64,000 nt of DNA from the NCBI GenBank assembly GCA_964545455.1, contig CAZJGU010000004.1, forward strand, positions 3,409-67,408, in the 5' to 3' direction. Positions 51,558 to 61,462 of the stretch are shown piece by piece. Numbering within the stretch: the stretch's first letter is position 1; each line of letters starts with the position of its first letter. The notes under the pieces were generated by a model. That model had not been told where the DNA came from. It did not search any database and was given only the letters and a program-made list of their open reading frames with translations. Made by a program: the position numbers and the translations under genes. The DNA comes from an uncultured bacterium (GTDB lineage: Bacteria; Deinococcota; Deinococci; Deinococcales; Trueperaceae).

Positions 51558-52628
51558 ATGACGCGTCTTCGGCTCGACGGGCTCGTCAAACGATTCGGGG
51601 ACGTCACGGCGGTCGACCACGTCGACCTGACCGTCGAGTCCGGAAGCCTCGTCGCGCTCCTCGGCCCCTCCGGCTGCGGCAAGACCACCACGCTTCGCAT
51701 GGTCGCGGGCCTCGAAGAGCCCAGCGACGGCGACATCGTCTTCGACGACGAGTCCGTTCTGGGCGTGGCCCCCGAGAAGCGGGACATCGGCATGGTCTTC
51801 CAGCGCTACGTCCTCTTCCCGCACATGAGCGTCGAGAAGAACGTCTCCTTCGGCCTGCGCATGCGCGGCATGGACAAGACCGAGATCGACCGACGCGTCG
51901 CCGAGGTGATCGACATCGTGCAGTTGCAGGGGCTCGCCAAGCGCTTCCCCAGCCAGCTCTCCGGAGGGCAGCAGCAGCGCGTGGCGATCGCTCGCACCGT
52001 CGTCACCGACCCGCGCCTGATGCTGATGGACGAGCCGCTCTCGAATCTCGACGCCAAGCTCCGCGAGGAGATGCGGGCCTTCATCACCGACCTGCAGCGA
52101 CGCCTGGGGATCACCACCCTGTTCGTGACGCACGACCAGGTGGAGGCGATCGAGCTCGCCGACTCCATCGGCGTCATGTTCGAAGGTCGGCTGGTTCAGT
52201 TCGGATCGCCCGAAGAGATCTTCAACCGGCCGCGCAACGAGCGCGTCGCCGACTTCATGGGGACGACCAACCTGCTCCACGGCGAGCTGGACGCCGCCGG
52301 CCCCGACCGGAGTCGCCTCTCGACCCAGGTCGGCGTGTTCGCGATCGAGCGCGCCGCCCACCACGACCGGGGAGGACAGGTCGTCGCGACCGTCCGCCCC
52401 GAGCACATCGACCTCGCAGCCCCCGACGGTCCCGACGACGGCGCCGGCGCCAACGCGTTCCGCGCCACCGTCGAGGAGGCCGTCTACTACGGAGGCACGC
52501 TGACCTACCGCGTCGCGTCCCAAGGCGTGTCGATGCAGGTGCGCGATCGCTCTACGCGACGGTTCGCGGAGGGAGAGGAGGTGGTGGTGCACGTCGAACC
52601 GGAGCACCTCTGGGTGTTCCCCGAATGA
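51558..52628 (+). CDS. ABC transporter ATP-binding protein (PotA/FbpC/MalK type with C-terminal TOBE-like domain)
   Basis: ORF trimmed to ATG 51558. GPSGCGKTT, LSGGQQQRVAIAR, LLMDEPLSNLD. Confidence 0.9.
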   Translation: MTRLRLDGLVKRFGDVTAVDHVDLTVESGSLVALLGPSGCGKTTTLRMVAGLEEPSDGDIVFDDESVLGVAPEKRDIGMVFQRYVLFPHMSVEKNVSFGLRMRGMDKTEIDRRVAEVIDIVQLQGLAKRFPSQLSGGQQQRVAIARTVVTDPRLMLMDEPLSNLDAKLREEMRAFITDLQRRLGITTLFVTHDQVEAIELADSIGVMFEGRLVQFGSPEEIFNRPRNERVADFMGTTNLLHGELDAAGPDRSRLSTQVGVFAIERAAHHDRGGQVVATVRPEHIDLAAPDGPDDGAGANAFRATVEEAVYYGGTLTYRVASQGVSMQVRDRSTRRFAEGEEVVVHVEPEHLWVFPE

Positions 52629-52695
52629 AGTGGAGGCGCGCTCGCGTCCCGCTCCGTCCCGAACCCTCGCAGATGAGCACCACGAAGGAGATCGC

Positions 52696-54072
52696 ATGCT
52701 CACGTCCATCTTCCGCAGGATCGCGCCCCTGGCGCTTCTGATCGCTTTCGTCACCGGGGCCGCTTTGGCCCAGCCCACCGGCACGCCCGAAGCCGAAGCG
52801 TTCCGCGAAGCCTTCCTCGCCGGCGAGCTCGCCTGGGACGAGGTCCTCGAACGCGCCGCCGAAGAGGGCGAGGTCGTCTGGGCGCACTGGGGCGGCAGCG
52901 AGAACCTCAACACCTGGATCGACACCGTCGTCGTGCCCGCCATGGCCGAGTACGGCGTCACGCTGCGCACCTCGCGCGTGACCAACACGCGGGACGTCGT
53001 GGACCTGATCCTGGCCGAGACCGCGGCCGGCCGCGGGGTCGGCGAAGGGTCCGTCGACGCGATCTGGATCAACGGCGAGAACTTCTTCACGCTGTCCTCG
53101 CAGGGCCTGAACTTCGGCTCGTTCGCGGACCTCGTCCCGAACGCGCAGTACATCCACTTCGACCCCGCCAACCCGGCGTCCGGTCCCAACCTGTTCGACT
53201 TCGGCTACCCGACCAACAAGGAAGAGATCCCCTGGTCCGGTGACCAGTACATGTGCGCGATCGACACGGCCCGCCTGGCGCGCGAGGACGCGCCCAGCGA
53301 CTTCGCCGAGCTCGAGGCGTGGCTGCGCGAGAACCCCGGTCGCTTCACCTACGTCCGCCCGCCCCAGTACAACGGCAACACCTTCGTCCAGACCGTCCTG
53401 TACGCGCACAACCCCGACGGCACCGGCTTCGAGCCGTTCCAGCTGAGCGCGGACGCGCTGGGCGCCGAGGAGTTCCTCCGCATCTCGCGCCCCGGCTACG
53501 AGTACCTGCAGCGCATCGAGCCGTTCCTGCTCGGCGGCGGCGGGGCCGACGGCCAGCGCGGCTCGCCCATCTACCCCGAGGACCAGAACGGCCTCGAGGC
53601 GCTCTTCATCAACGGCGAGATCGACATGGCCTGCCAGTTCGGCATGTACAGCACCGCCGTCTCCGTCGAGACCGGCAGCTTCCCCGAGACGGCCGAGAAC
53701 ATCATCTTCCCGACCGACGGCATGATCAAGAACAAGAACTTCATCGGCGTCCCCATCAACGCGCCCAACCCGGCCGCCGCGATGGTCCTCGCCAACCTGC
53801 TCGCCAGCCCCGAGAACCAGATCTCCAAGCTGGGCGCCATCGGCTACGTGCTCGGGATCGACGCCGACCTGCTCGACGCCGAGACGCAGGCCCAGATCGA
53901 CGAGGTCGCCCCCAGCCTGATGGGCATCACCTACGACGAGCTCGGCGCGGCCACCGTGCCCGACACCAACGCGTCCCTCGTGAACGTCATCGAGGGCACC
54001 TGGATCGAGTTCATCGAGCGTCGTACCGGCACGCTCGACGAGTCCGTCGACGCCGCCTACCAGGGCCGCTGA
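52696..54072 (+). CDS. ABC transporter periplasmic substrate-binding protein (PotD/YnjB-like; ligand unknown)
   Basis: ORF trimmed to ATG 52696 (GAAGGAG upstream). Signal peptide IAPLALLIAFVTGAALAQ. Confidence 0.8.
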   Translation: MLTSIFRRIAPLALLIAFVTGAALAQPTGTPEAEAFREAFLAGELAWDEVLERAAEEGEVVWAHWGGSENLNTWIDTVVVPAMAEYGVTLRTSRVTNTRDVVDLILAETAAGRGVGEGSVDAIWINGENFFTLSSQGLNFGSFADLVPNAQYIHFDPANPASGPNLFDFGYPTNKEEIPWSGDQYMCAIDTARLAREDAPSDFAELEAWLRENPGRFTYVRPPQYNGNTFVQTVLYAHNPDGTGFEPFQLSADALGAEEFLRISRPGYEYLQRIEPFLLGGGGADGQRGSPIYPEDQNGLEALFINGEIDMACQFGMYSTAVSVETGSFPETAENIIFPTDGMIKNKNFIGVPINAPNPAAAMVLANLLASPENQISKLGAIGYVLGIDADLLDAETQAQIDEVAPSLMGITYDELGAATVPDTNASLVNVIEGTWIEFIERRTGTLDESVDAAYQGR

Positions 54073-54134
54073 TCCGTCCCTAGACCCCTTCCGGTGCGCG
54101 CCCGCATGGGCGCGCACCGGACCCGAGGAGACCG

Positions 54135-55076
54135 ATGCAGAGCGCCTCGCTTCCCCCGTCGACCCCACCGTCCGGCACCCGACGCGCGTCGACCTGGCGC
54201 ACCTGGATGCGGCGGCTCTACGTGCCGCTCATGCTCGCGCCCGTCGTCCTGACCATCACGACGCTGTTCGTCGGGGCGTTGGTCGTGGCGCTCCTGCAGA
54301 GCTTCGGCTACGCACCCCTCTACGGCATCAACGAGTTCCCGACCCTCGAGTACTACGGCAGCCTGTTCTCCCAGGCGGGCTTCTGGGCCTCCGTGGGCCT
54401 GACCTTCTACTACGCGATCGTGCCCACCATCGTCGGCACGATCCTGAGCATCTATCTTGCGCTGGCCCTTCGTCGCCGCTTCCGCGGCAAGGGCTTCGTA
54501 CAGTTCGTCTACAAGCTGCCGCTCATGATCCCCTACCTGGTCGGCGTCGCCGTCACGATCGTCCTGTTCGGGAACGGCGGCATCATCGCGCGCAGCTTCT
54601 ACGCCCTCGGCCTGATCGAGTCCACGCGCGACTTCCCGCGTCTGATCTACAGCCACGCAGGCTGGGGCGTCATGTTCGTCTACGTCTGGAAGCAGGTTCC
54701 CTTCACGACGCTGATCGTCTACTCGGTCCTGATGGGCCTCGGTCGCGAGAGCGAGGAGGCCGCCGCCACGCTCGGCGCGAACAAGTGGCAGACCTTCTGG
54801 CACGTCACGTTGCCGCAGATCATGCCGGGCATCGTCTCGGCCACGATCATCGTCTTCGCCTTCAACTTCGGCTCGTTCGAGATCCCCTTCATCCTGGGGG
54901 GCGGGTTCCCGAACACCCTGCCCGTCGAAGCCTGGCGGGCGTTCGAGGACGCCGACTACAGCCGTCGACTCCGCGCGATGGCGATCGTGATGGTCATCGG
55001 CCTCATGAGCGGCGCAGTGCTGTTCGTCTACCTCTGGACCTACCGCCGCTTCGAGCGGCTGCGGGGGCGCCAGTGA
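54135..55076 (+). CDS. ABC transporter permease
   Basis: EAA loop SEEAAATLGANKWQTFWHVTLPQIMPG. Six TM-like segments. Confidence 0.85.
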   Translation: MQSASLPPSTPPSGTRRASTWRTWMRRLYVPLMLAPVVLTITTLFVGALVVALLQSFGYAPLYGINEFPTLEYYGSLFSQAGFWASVGLTFYYAIVPTIVGTILSIYLALALRRRFRGKGFVQFVYKLPLMIPYLVGVAVTIVLFGNGGIIARSFYALGLIESTRDFPRLIYSHAGWGVMFVYVWKQVPFTTLIVYSVLMGLGRESEEAAATLGANKWQTFWHVTLPQIMPGIVSATIIVFAFNFGSFEIPFILGGGFPNTLPVEAWRAFEDADYSRRLRAMAIVMVIGLMSGAVLFVYLWTYRRFERLRGRQ

Positions 55077-55972
55077 GGCCCGCCGCGGAGGCCACCGTCG
55101 CCACCCGTGCCCAGCGTCGCCGCCGACGTCTGGGGAGCGACCGGCTCGGACCGTTCGGACGCTTCTACGTCACGATCATGACTGGGGCCGTGCTGATCCC
55201 GTTCCTGCCGCTGATCGTCGGATCGTTCGCGTTCCGCTGGACCTGGCCGGACCTGCTGCCCTCGACCTGGTGGTGGGAGGCGCGGGCCACCGCCCGGCTG
55301 CCGACGGGCTGGGACTACATCTTCTCGCCCGTCTCGCGGGTGATCGAATCGACCGGCAACACGCTGCTGATCGCGATCATCGTGACGCTGCTCTGTACGC
55401 TGATCAGCCTGCCCGCGGCGCGCGTGATCGCGCGCGAGCGCTTCCGCGGCAAGAGCTTCATCGAGTTCTTCCTGCTGACGCCGCTCATCATCCCGGAGAT
55501 CGCGGTCGGCCTGGGGATCCTGGTGACCTTCATCCAGCTCGGGCTCGCCGGCACCTACTGGGGCATCGTCCTCGTCCACCTCATCCCGACGATTCCCTAC
55601 ATGGTCCGCGTCCTGACGTCGGTCTTCCAGGGCCTCAGCAGCGACTACGAGGAGCAGGCGCGCGTCCTCGGGGCGGGACCGTTCAAGACGCTCGTCCACG
55701 TCACCGTGCCGATGATCCTGCCGGGCATCATCGCGGGCGGACTGTTCGCGTTCCTGATCAGCTCCAACATCTTCCTGCTGACCTTCTTCATCGGACGCGG
55801 CCAGATCGAGACCCTGCCCACGCTGCTCTTCAGCCGCGTCAGCGGAGGCGGCGCCTTGGACGCCGTCGCAGCCGGCGTCGCCCTGATCGTCTGCGTGCCC
55901 GGGATCGTGCTGCTGATCATCACCGAGCGCTTCATCAAGGAGGAGGTGTTCGCCAAGGGCTTCGGCGGCTGA
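55073..55972 (+). CDS. ABC transporter permease
   Basis: GTG 55073 (GTGA overlap). YEEQARVLGAGPFKTLVHVTVPMILPG. Confidence 0.85.
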   Translation: MRPAAEATVATRAQRRRRRLGSDRLGPFGRFYVTIMTGAVLIPFLPLIVGSFAFRWTWPDLLPSTWWWEARATARLPTGWDYIFSPVSRVIESTGNTLLIAIIVTLLCTLISLPAARVIARERFRGKSFIEFFLLTPLIIPEIAVGLGILVTFIQLGLAGTYWGIVLVHLIPTIPYMVRVLTSVFQGLSSDYEEQARVLGAGPFKTLVHVTVPMILPGIIAGGLFAFLISSNIFLLTFFIGRGQIETLPTLLFSRVSGGGALDAVAAGVALIVCVPGIVLLIITERFIKEEVFAKGFGG

Positions 55973-56037
55973 CCGCCGACCTGGCGACCTACGATGCGGA
56001 CGACCGAACGAACGACGCGACCCCCGGACCCGATACG

Positions 56038-57153
56038 ATGACCCCGCCCGGACCCGCGCTGGACGACCGCGTCCTGGGCGTCCTGTACGGCGCCGCCTGC
56101 GGAGACGCCCTCGGCGGTCCGGTCGAGGGGCTGCACCATCGCGACCTCGCCGAGCGGTACGGCGTCATCGACCGGATGCTTCCCTACGACAAGCCCCCGG
56201 CCGAGCACGCGCAGTTCGCGAACGCGCCCGGGTCGGTCACCGACGACACCCGGCTGCACCTGATCACCTGCGACGCGGTCCTGGCGCGGGGAACGGGCGT
56301 ACGCGGCGCCGACCTCGCGATCGCCATCGACGCGTGGCGGGACGAGCACCGCGAGCCGCTCGAGCGGGCGTTCATCGAGGAGTACCACTACGCGGCCCTC
56401 GCCGGTCCGGGCAAGGCCCCGTGGGGCGGGCACGCGACCAACGGCGCGATCATGTCCAACCACGTCGTCGGCGTCCTGCACGCCGGCGATCCCGTCGCCG
56501 CGTTCCGGACGGCGCTGGACCTCGCGTACCTGAGCGACGGCTATGGACGCGAGGCGGCAGCGATCCACGCTGCGATCGTCGCGGGCGCGTTCGTGCCCGG
56601 CGCCGCGGTGCGTGACCTCGTCGAGGAGGCGCTCCGCATCGCCTGGGAGGAGCGCCGCGACGGCCCCCACTGGCGGCGGACGATCGCCGAGCACGACTGG
56701 GCTCGCTTCGAAGGGCGCCCCAACCATGAGCTGATCGAGCGCGCGCTGGCGCTGGTCGACCAGGCCGCGCCTCCCGGCGCGCCGGAGGACGATGCCGAGC
56801 TGCGCGACGCCCTCTACGACGCCCTCTACGTGACGCCCGTCGGGAGCGACGCCGGCCAGACCCTGGCCGTCGCCGTCGCCATGCTGGTCCGTCACGACGC
56901 CGATGCCGAACGGACGCTCCGCGCCTGCGTGGCGTACGGCCGGGACAACGACTCCTACGCCAGCGTGGCCGGCGCCGTCTGTGGAGCGCTGCACGGCGTC
57001 CGCGCCCTGCCGGACGCGTGGGTCCGCGACGTCCGCGCCGCCAACCCCGAGCTTCCCTTCGACCGGGTCGCGGACCGCCTGGCCGAACAGCTGCGGCAGC
57101 GCATCCGCGCGATCCGCACGACGCTCGAGGCGCTCGAGGCGACCTCCGCATGA
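56038..57153 (+). CDS. ADP-ribosylglycohydrolase-family protein (second copy; catabolic context)
   Basis: ORF 55270-57153 trimmed to ATG 56038. GAACGDALGGPVEG, SVTDDTRLHLI, GRDNDSYASVAGAVCGALHG. Confidence 0.85.
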   Translation: MTPPGPALDDRVLGVLYGAACGDALGGPVEGLHHRDLAERYGVIDRMLPYDKPPAEHAQFANAPGSVTDDTRLHLITCDAVLARGTGVRGADLAIAIDAWRDEHREPLERAFIEEYHYAALAGPGKAPWGGHATNGAIMSNHVVGVLHAGDPVAAFRTALDLAYLSDGYGREAAAIHAAIVAGAFVPGAAVRDLVEEALRIAWEERRDGPHWRRTIAEHDWARFEGRPNHELIERALALVDQAAPPGAPEDDAELRDALYDALYVTPVGSDAGQTLAVAVAMLVRHDADAERTLRACVAYGRDNDSYASVAGAVCGALHGVRALPDAWVRDVRAANPELPFDRVADRLAEQLRQRIRAIRTTLEALEATSA

Positions 57154-57887
57154 ACCTCGCCCCCGACGCCTGGCGCGCGGCCCTCGGCCTCGCGCCGGAG
57201 GAGACCCCCGTCGCCGTGATCCTCGAGGGCACCTGGTGGGAACGCGACGCGTACGCGGCTCGTACGGCCAAGCTCGACGACGTGCGCGAGCTGGGTTTCC
57301 CCGGCTGGATGCTGGGTCGCCACCGCGGGATCCCGATCGTCTACGCCTGCGCGTACGGCGCGCCCAAGGCGGTCGAACCGGTGCACGTCCTGGCCCAGAT
57401 CGGGACGCGCCTTGCGATCCAGATCGGCTCGTGCGGGGGACTGCAGCCCGAGCTCGTGACCGGCGACATCGTCGTACCGTCGCGAGCGGAGATCGGCGAG
57501 GGCGCGTCGCCCGCCTACGGCCGCCACGACGTCGCCCTGGCGTCCCGGCCCTGGGTCGAGCGCGCGACGTCCGCCGTCCGCGACCGCGGCGTCCCCGTGC
57601 ACGACGGTCACCACCTCACCACCTCGGCCCTGCTGCAGCAGCCGCCCGACACCGTCGCCCGCTGGCACGCCGCCGGCTACAGCTCGGTCGACATGGAGAC
57701 CTCCGCCGTCTACACCGTGGCGGCCGCGTTCGGCATCGACACCGTCGCCCTGCTCTTCGTCTGGGACGAACTGCTGGCCGGCAGGGGATTCCTGGCCACT
57801 TTCGACGACGCCGAAACAGCCCGCCAGCGGCGCGCGAACGAGGTCACGTTCGACGTCGCGCTGGACCTCGTGGAGATGGTCGCATGA
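57150..57887 (+). CDS. Nucleoside phosphorylase, PNP/UDP-1 family
   Basis: ATGA overlap. IQIGSCGGLQPELVTGDIVVPS. SSVDMETSAVYTVAAAFG. Confidence 0.78.
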   Translation: MNLAPDAWRAALGLAPEETPVAVILEGTWWERDAYAARTAKLDDVRELGFPGWMLGRHRGIPIVYACAYGAPKAVEPVHVLAQIGTRLAIQIGSCGGLQPELVTGDIVVPSRAEIGEGASPAYGRHDVALASRPWVERATSAVRDRGVPVHDGHHLTTSALLQQPPDTVARWHAAGYSSVDMETSAVYTVAAAFGIDTVALLFVWDELLAGRGFLATFDDAETARQRRANEVTFDVALDLVEMVA

Positions 57888-58717
57888 TCCTGTCCGTGCA
57901 CACCGCCCTCTGGAACCGCTCGTGGAGCGATGACGTCGTTCCCTTCGTCGAGGCGGCGGCCCGCGCCGGCTTCGCCGGGGCCGAGGTGTCGCTGCTCGGC
58001 GACGACGCCGGGTTCGCGCGCGTCGCGACGGTCGCGTCCGAGTTGGGCGTGCACCTCACGTCCACGACCGGCTTGTCCCCCGACACCGATGTCGGAAGCC
58101 GCGATCCCGACGTCCGGGCGCGCGGCGTCGATGCGCTGAGGCGCGCCATCCGCTCGACCGAGGTCCTGGGCGCGCGCCAGCTGTCGGGCGTGATCTACGG
58201 AGCCTGGGGGGTGACCGATCCGGACCGTCGCGACGAGCGCCTGGCGCTCGCCGCCGAGGCCCTTCGGGCCGTCGCGCCCGACGCGCGCGACGCGGGGGTG
58301 ACCCTCGGCATCGAGGCGATCAACCGCTACGAGACCGACCTGGTCAACACGTCGCGGCAGGCCTGCGACCTCGCCGAGGCCGTCGGCGATCCCGCCGTCG
58401 GCGTGTTGCTGGACGCCTACCACATGAACATCGAGGAGAAGGATCCGGCGGCCGCCGTGCGCGCGGCCGGCGATCGCCTGGTGCACGTGCACGTCGCCGG
58501 ACGCGACCGCGGCGTTCCCGATCCGGACTGGCTGCACCGTACCGGCCTCAGGACCGCCCTCGCGGAGATCGGCTACGACGGGGTCGTGACGTGCGAGATG
58601 TTCGTCCGCGCGAACGTGCCGGTCGGTCGCGACCTCACCGTCTGGCGTGACATCGAGCCCGATGTCGACCGGGCCGCCGCCGAGGCGTGCGCGGTGATGA
58701 CCGCATGGGCCTCGTGA
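57884..58717 (+). CDS. Sugar phosphate isomerase/epimerase (xylose-isomerase-like TIM barrel)
   Basis: ATGA overlap. LGIEAINRYETDLVNT. LLDAYHMNIEE. HVHVAGRDRG. Confidence 0.8.
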   Translation: MILSVHTALWNRSWSDDVVPFVEAAARAGFAGAEVSLLGDDAGFARVATVASELGVHLTSTTGLSPDTDVGSRDPDVRARGVDALRRAIRSTEVLGARQLSGVIYGAWGVTDPDRRDERLALAAEALRAVAPDARDAGVTLGIEAINRYETDLVNTSRQACDLAEAVGDPAVGVLLDAYHMNIEEKDPAAAVRAAGDRLVHVHVAGRDRGVPDPDWLHRTGLRTALAEIGYDGVVTCEMFVRANVPVGRDLTVWRDIEPDVDRAAAEACAVMTAWAS

Positions 58718-60435
58718 CCGGCGCGGACGTCGGCGTCTGGCTGGCGGACCTGGCCGCGACGTTCGCGCTGGCCGCGGACGATCTGGCCCGACTGGACCGT
58801 GAGGTCGGCGACGGCGATCACGGCGAAACGATGCGGCGCGCCTTCGCGGCCGCCGGGCGGACGCGCGCCGCGGCCACACCCGAGCCCGCCGACGCGGCGC
58901 TCGAGCGGGCCGGCCAGGCGATCCTGGACGCCGGAGGGGGCGCGTCCGGCCCGCTGATCGCGAGCGTCTTCATCGGACTGGCCGCCGCGGCGCGGCAGCG
59001 GGGAGCGCTCGACGCGGCGGCCGTCGCGGACGGCCTGGAGCGGGCCCGCGACCTGGTCGTGCGGATGGGCCGCTGCGCGCCGGGCGACAAGACCCTGCTG
59101 GATGCGCTGGCCCCGGCGGCCGAGGCGGCACGCAGCGCGGTCGAGGCCGAGGACGGGGCGGTCGCGATCGCGTCGGTCTGGGGCGCAGCCGCCAGCGCCG
59201 CCGCCCGCGGGCGGGAGGCGACCGCGGACATGGCTGGCCGCCGTGGCCGTGCGGCCTGGGTCGAGGGGCGGGGCGCGGGTACGCCGGACCCGGGGGCGAC
59301 GTCGATGGCGTTGATCCTGGACTCGGCGGCGCGGGTCGCACGTGGCGACGTCGCAGCGAGTGCCGACGCTGCGCTTCCACCCGAGGCGGACCATCGGACG
59401 GGCGATGGCGACGGTCCCGACCCGCTCCGCGCCGCGGCGGCCGGCAAGCTGCTCAACCGCCCGGCCGACCTGGTCGACGAGATGATCGACGGCTTCGTCG
59501 CCGCCTACCCGGAGCGGGTCCGGCGCGTCGACGGGACCAGCGTGGTCGCTCGGGCGACGCCCAAGCCGGCCGGCCGGGTCGGCCTGGTGATCGGGAACGG
59601 TTCCGGGCACGAACCGATCGCGATGGGCTGGGTGGGCACCGGCCTGCTGGACGTGAACGCCGTCGGACCGGTCTTCACGGCGCCCGGGCCCCGCGCCATC
59701 GTGCGCGCCATCGCAGAGGCGGACCGTGGAGCAGGCGTCCTGCTGCTCATCTCGCACCACGAAGGCGACCGGATCGGTGGCGAGATGGCCGCCGAGATGG
59801 CGCGCCTGGCGGGTCACGAGGTCGAGACGCTGCTGATGTACGACGACGTGGCCTCCGCGCCCAAGGGACGCGAGTCCGATCGGCGCGGCGCCCCCGGCAC
59901 GGCGTTCGTCTACAAGATCGTGGGCGCCGCGCTGGAGGAGGGCATGGATCTCGCCGAGGCCACGCGTTTGGGTGAGCGCGTGCGCGATCGCACCCGCACC
60001 CTGGCCGTGGCGCTGGCCCCGGGCACGTCGCCGCTGACCGGCGAGCCGATGTTCTCGCTCCCCGAGGGCGAGGCGTTCATCGGCATGGGCGTGCACGGCG
60101 AGCCGGGCTTCGCGCGCATGCCCTCGCACCCCCTCGACGCCGTGTGCGATCGGGTGATGGACGGCCTGATCGAGGACGGGGCCTACGCCTCCGGCGAGAC
60201 CGTCGGCGTGTTCGTCAACGGCTCCGGCGGGACGTCCTTGATGGAGCTCCTCGCCGCGTCGCGCAGCGTCTTCCAGCGGCTGGAGCACGAGGGCATCCGG
60301 CACGTCGCGCCGTTGATCGGGAGCTACGTGACCACCCAGGAGACCAAGGGGTTCTCCGTCAGCCTCTGCCGCTTCGATGACGACGACCTGCGCCGCTGGA
60401 CCGCGCCCTCCGACGCTCCCTTCTTCCACCTGTGA
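58705..60435 (+). CDS. Dihydroxyacetone-kinase-family protein, single chain with DhaL (Dak2) N-terminal and DhaK (Dak1) C-terminal
   Basis: ORF 58687-60435, ATG 58705. Residues 1 to about 200: GDGDHGETM, GGASGPLIA, GDKTLLDAL, GRAAWVEGRGAGTPDPGA (Dak2). From about 235 on: LVIGNGSGHEPIAMGWVG, VFTAPG, ISHHEGDRIGG (Dak1). No stop between the two halves. Confidence 0.85.
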   Translation: MGLVTGADVGVWLADLAATFALAADDLARLDREVGDGDHGETMRRAFAAAGRTRAAATPEPADAALERAGQAILDAGGGASGPLIASVFIGLAAAARQRGALDAAAVADGLERARDLVVRMGRCAPGDKTLLDALAPAAEAARSAVEAEDGAVAIASVWGAAASAAARGREATADMAGRRGRAAWVEGRGAGTPDPGATSMALILDSAARVARGDVAASADAALPPEADHRTGDGDGPDPLRAAAAGKLLNRPADLVDEMIDGFVAAYPERVRRVDGTSVVARATPKPAGRVGLVIGNGSGHEPIAMGWVGTGLLDVNAVGPVFTAPGPRAIVRAIAEADRGAGVLLLISHHEGDRIGGEMAAEMARLAGHEVETLLMYDDVASAPKGRESDRRGAPGTAFVYKIVGAALEEGMDLAEATRLGERVRDRTRTLAVALAPGTSPLTGEPMFSLPEGEAFIGMGVHGEPGFARMPSHPLDAVCDRVMDGLIEDGAYASGETVGVFVNGSGGTSLMELLAASRSVFQRLEHEGIRHVAPLIGSYVTTQETKGFSVSLCRFDDDDLRRWTAPSDAPFFHL

Positions 60436-60469
60436 CGCCCCGTCCCGCCCCGGTTCCCATGGAGGCACG

Positions 60470-61462
60470 ATGACCCGATCCGCCGACCCCCCGTCCACCG
60501 ATCAGCTCTACGCGATGTACCGCTCGATGGTCGCGATGCGCCGCTTCGATGACGAGGTCCGCGACCTCGCCGCCGCCAAGCGGATCCCCGGCTACGCCCA
60601 TACCTACACGGGCTCCGAAGCGATCGCCGCCGGCGTGTGCGCCGCCCTGCGACGCAGCGACTGGATCGCGTCCACGTACCGCAACCACGGCCACGCCATC
60701 GGCAAGGGCGTGTCGCTCGAGGCGATGGCGGCCGAGCTTCACGGGCGCCGCACCGGCACCGCCAAGGGCAAGGGCGGCAGCATGCACATCAGCGACTTCG
60801 GCGTCGGCATGCTGGGCGCCTTCGGCATCGTCGCGGCTGGCATGCCGGTCGCCCTGGGCGCCGCGATCAGCATGCAGATGCAGGGCAAGGACGACGTCGC
60901 CGCCGCGTTCTTCGGCGATGGCGCCGTGCACCAGGGCGTCTTCCACGAGGCCATGGGCCTGGCCAAGCTCTGGAACGCCCCGGTCCTCATGGTCTGCGAG
61001 AACAACCAGTACGCCGAGGCGACCGCGCTCGACTACCACCTCAACACCGACACCGTGGCCGACATGGCCTGCGCGTACGACATGCCCGCCGTCACGGCCG
61101 ACGGGATGGACGTCGTCACGGTGTACGAGGCGACCCGCGACGCCGTCGAACGGGCCCGGGCCGGCGGTGGCCCGACCCTGCTGGAGTTCGTGTCGTACCG
61201 CTTCTCCGGTCAGTTCGAAGGGGACAAGCAGACCTACCAGCCGAGCGACGAAGTGCAGCGGTGGTGGGAGAAGGAGCCCCTCACGACCTTCGAGCGGGCG
61301 GCCGCGGAGCGTGGCCTGGACGAAGGACGCCTCGCCCAGATCCGTGACGAGGTGGCGCGCGAGGTCGAGGCGGCGTTCGCCGCCGCGGAGGCCGCGCCCT
61401 GGCCGGACCCGGACGAGATCTACGACGACGTGTACGTGTCGTACGAGGGAGACCTGCGATGA
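60470..61462 (+). CDS. TPP-dependent 2-oxoacid/acetoin dehydrogenase E1 component, alpha subunit
   Basis: ORF trimmed to ATG 60470 (GGAGG upstream). YRNHGH, GKGGSMH, FFGDGAVHQGVFHEAMGLAKLWNAPVLMVCENNQYA. Confidence 0.88.
   Translation: MTRSADPPSTDQLYAMYRSMVAMRRFDDEVRDLAAAKRIPGYAHTYTGSEAIAAGVCAALRRSDWIASTYRNHGHAIGKGVSLEAMAAELHGRRTGTAKGKGGSMHISDFGVGMLGAFGIVAAGMPVALGAAISMQMQGKDDVAAAFFGDGAVHQGVFHEAMGLAKLWNAPVLMVCENNQYAEATALDYHLNTDTVADMACAYDMPAVTADGMDVVTVYEATRDAVERARAGGGPTLLEFVSYRFSGQFEGDKQTYQPSDEVQRWWEKEPLTTFERAAAERGLDEGRLAQIRDEVAREVEAAFAAAEAAPWPDPDEIYDDVYVSYEGDLR

Noticed and set aside
58705-60435. Splitting the kinase into separate dhaL and dhaK genes.
   Set aside because: The ORF track shows one continuous frame with no stop between the Dak2 and Dak1 halves. 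There is no internal SD or start context at the linker.
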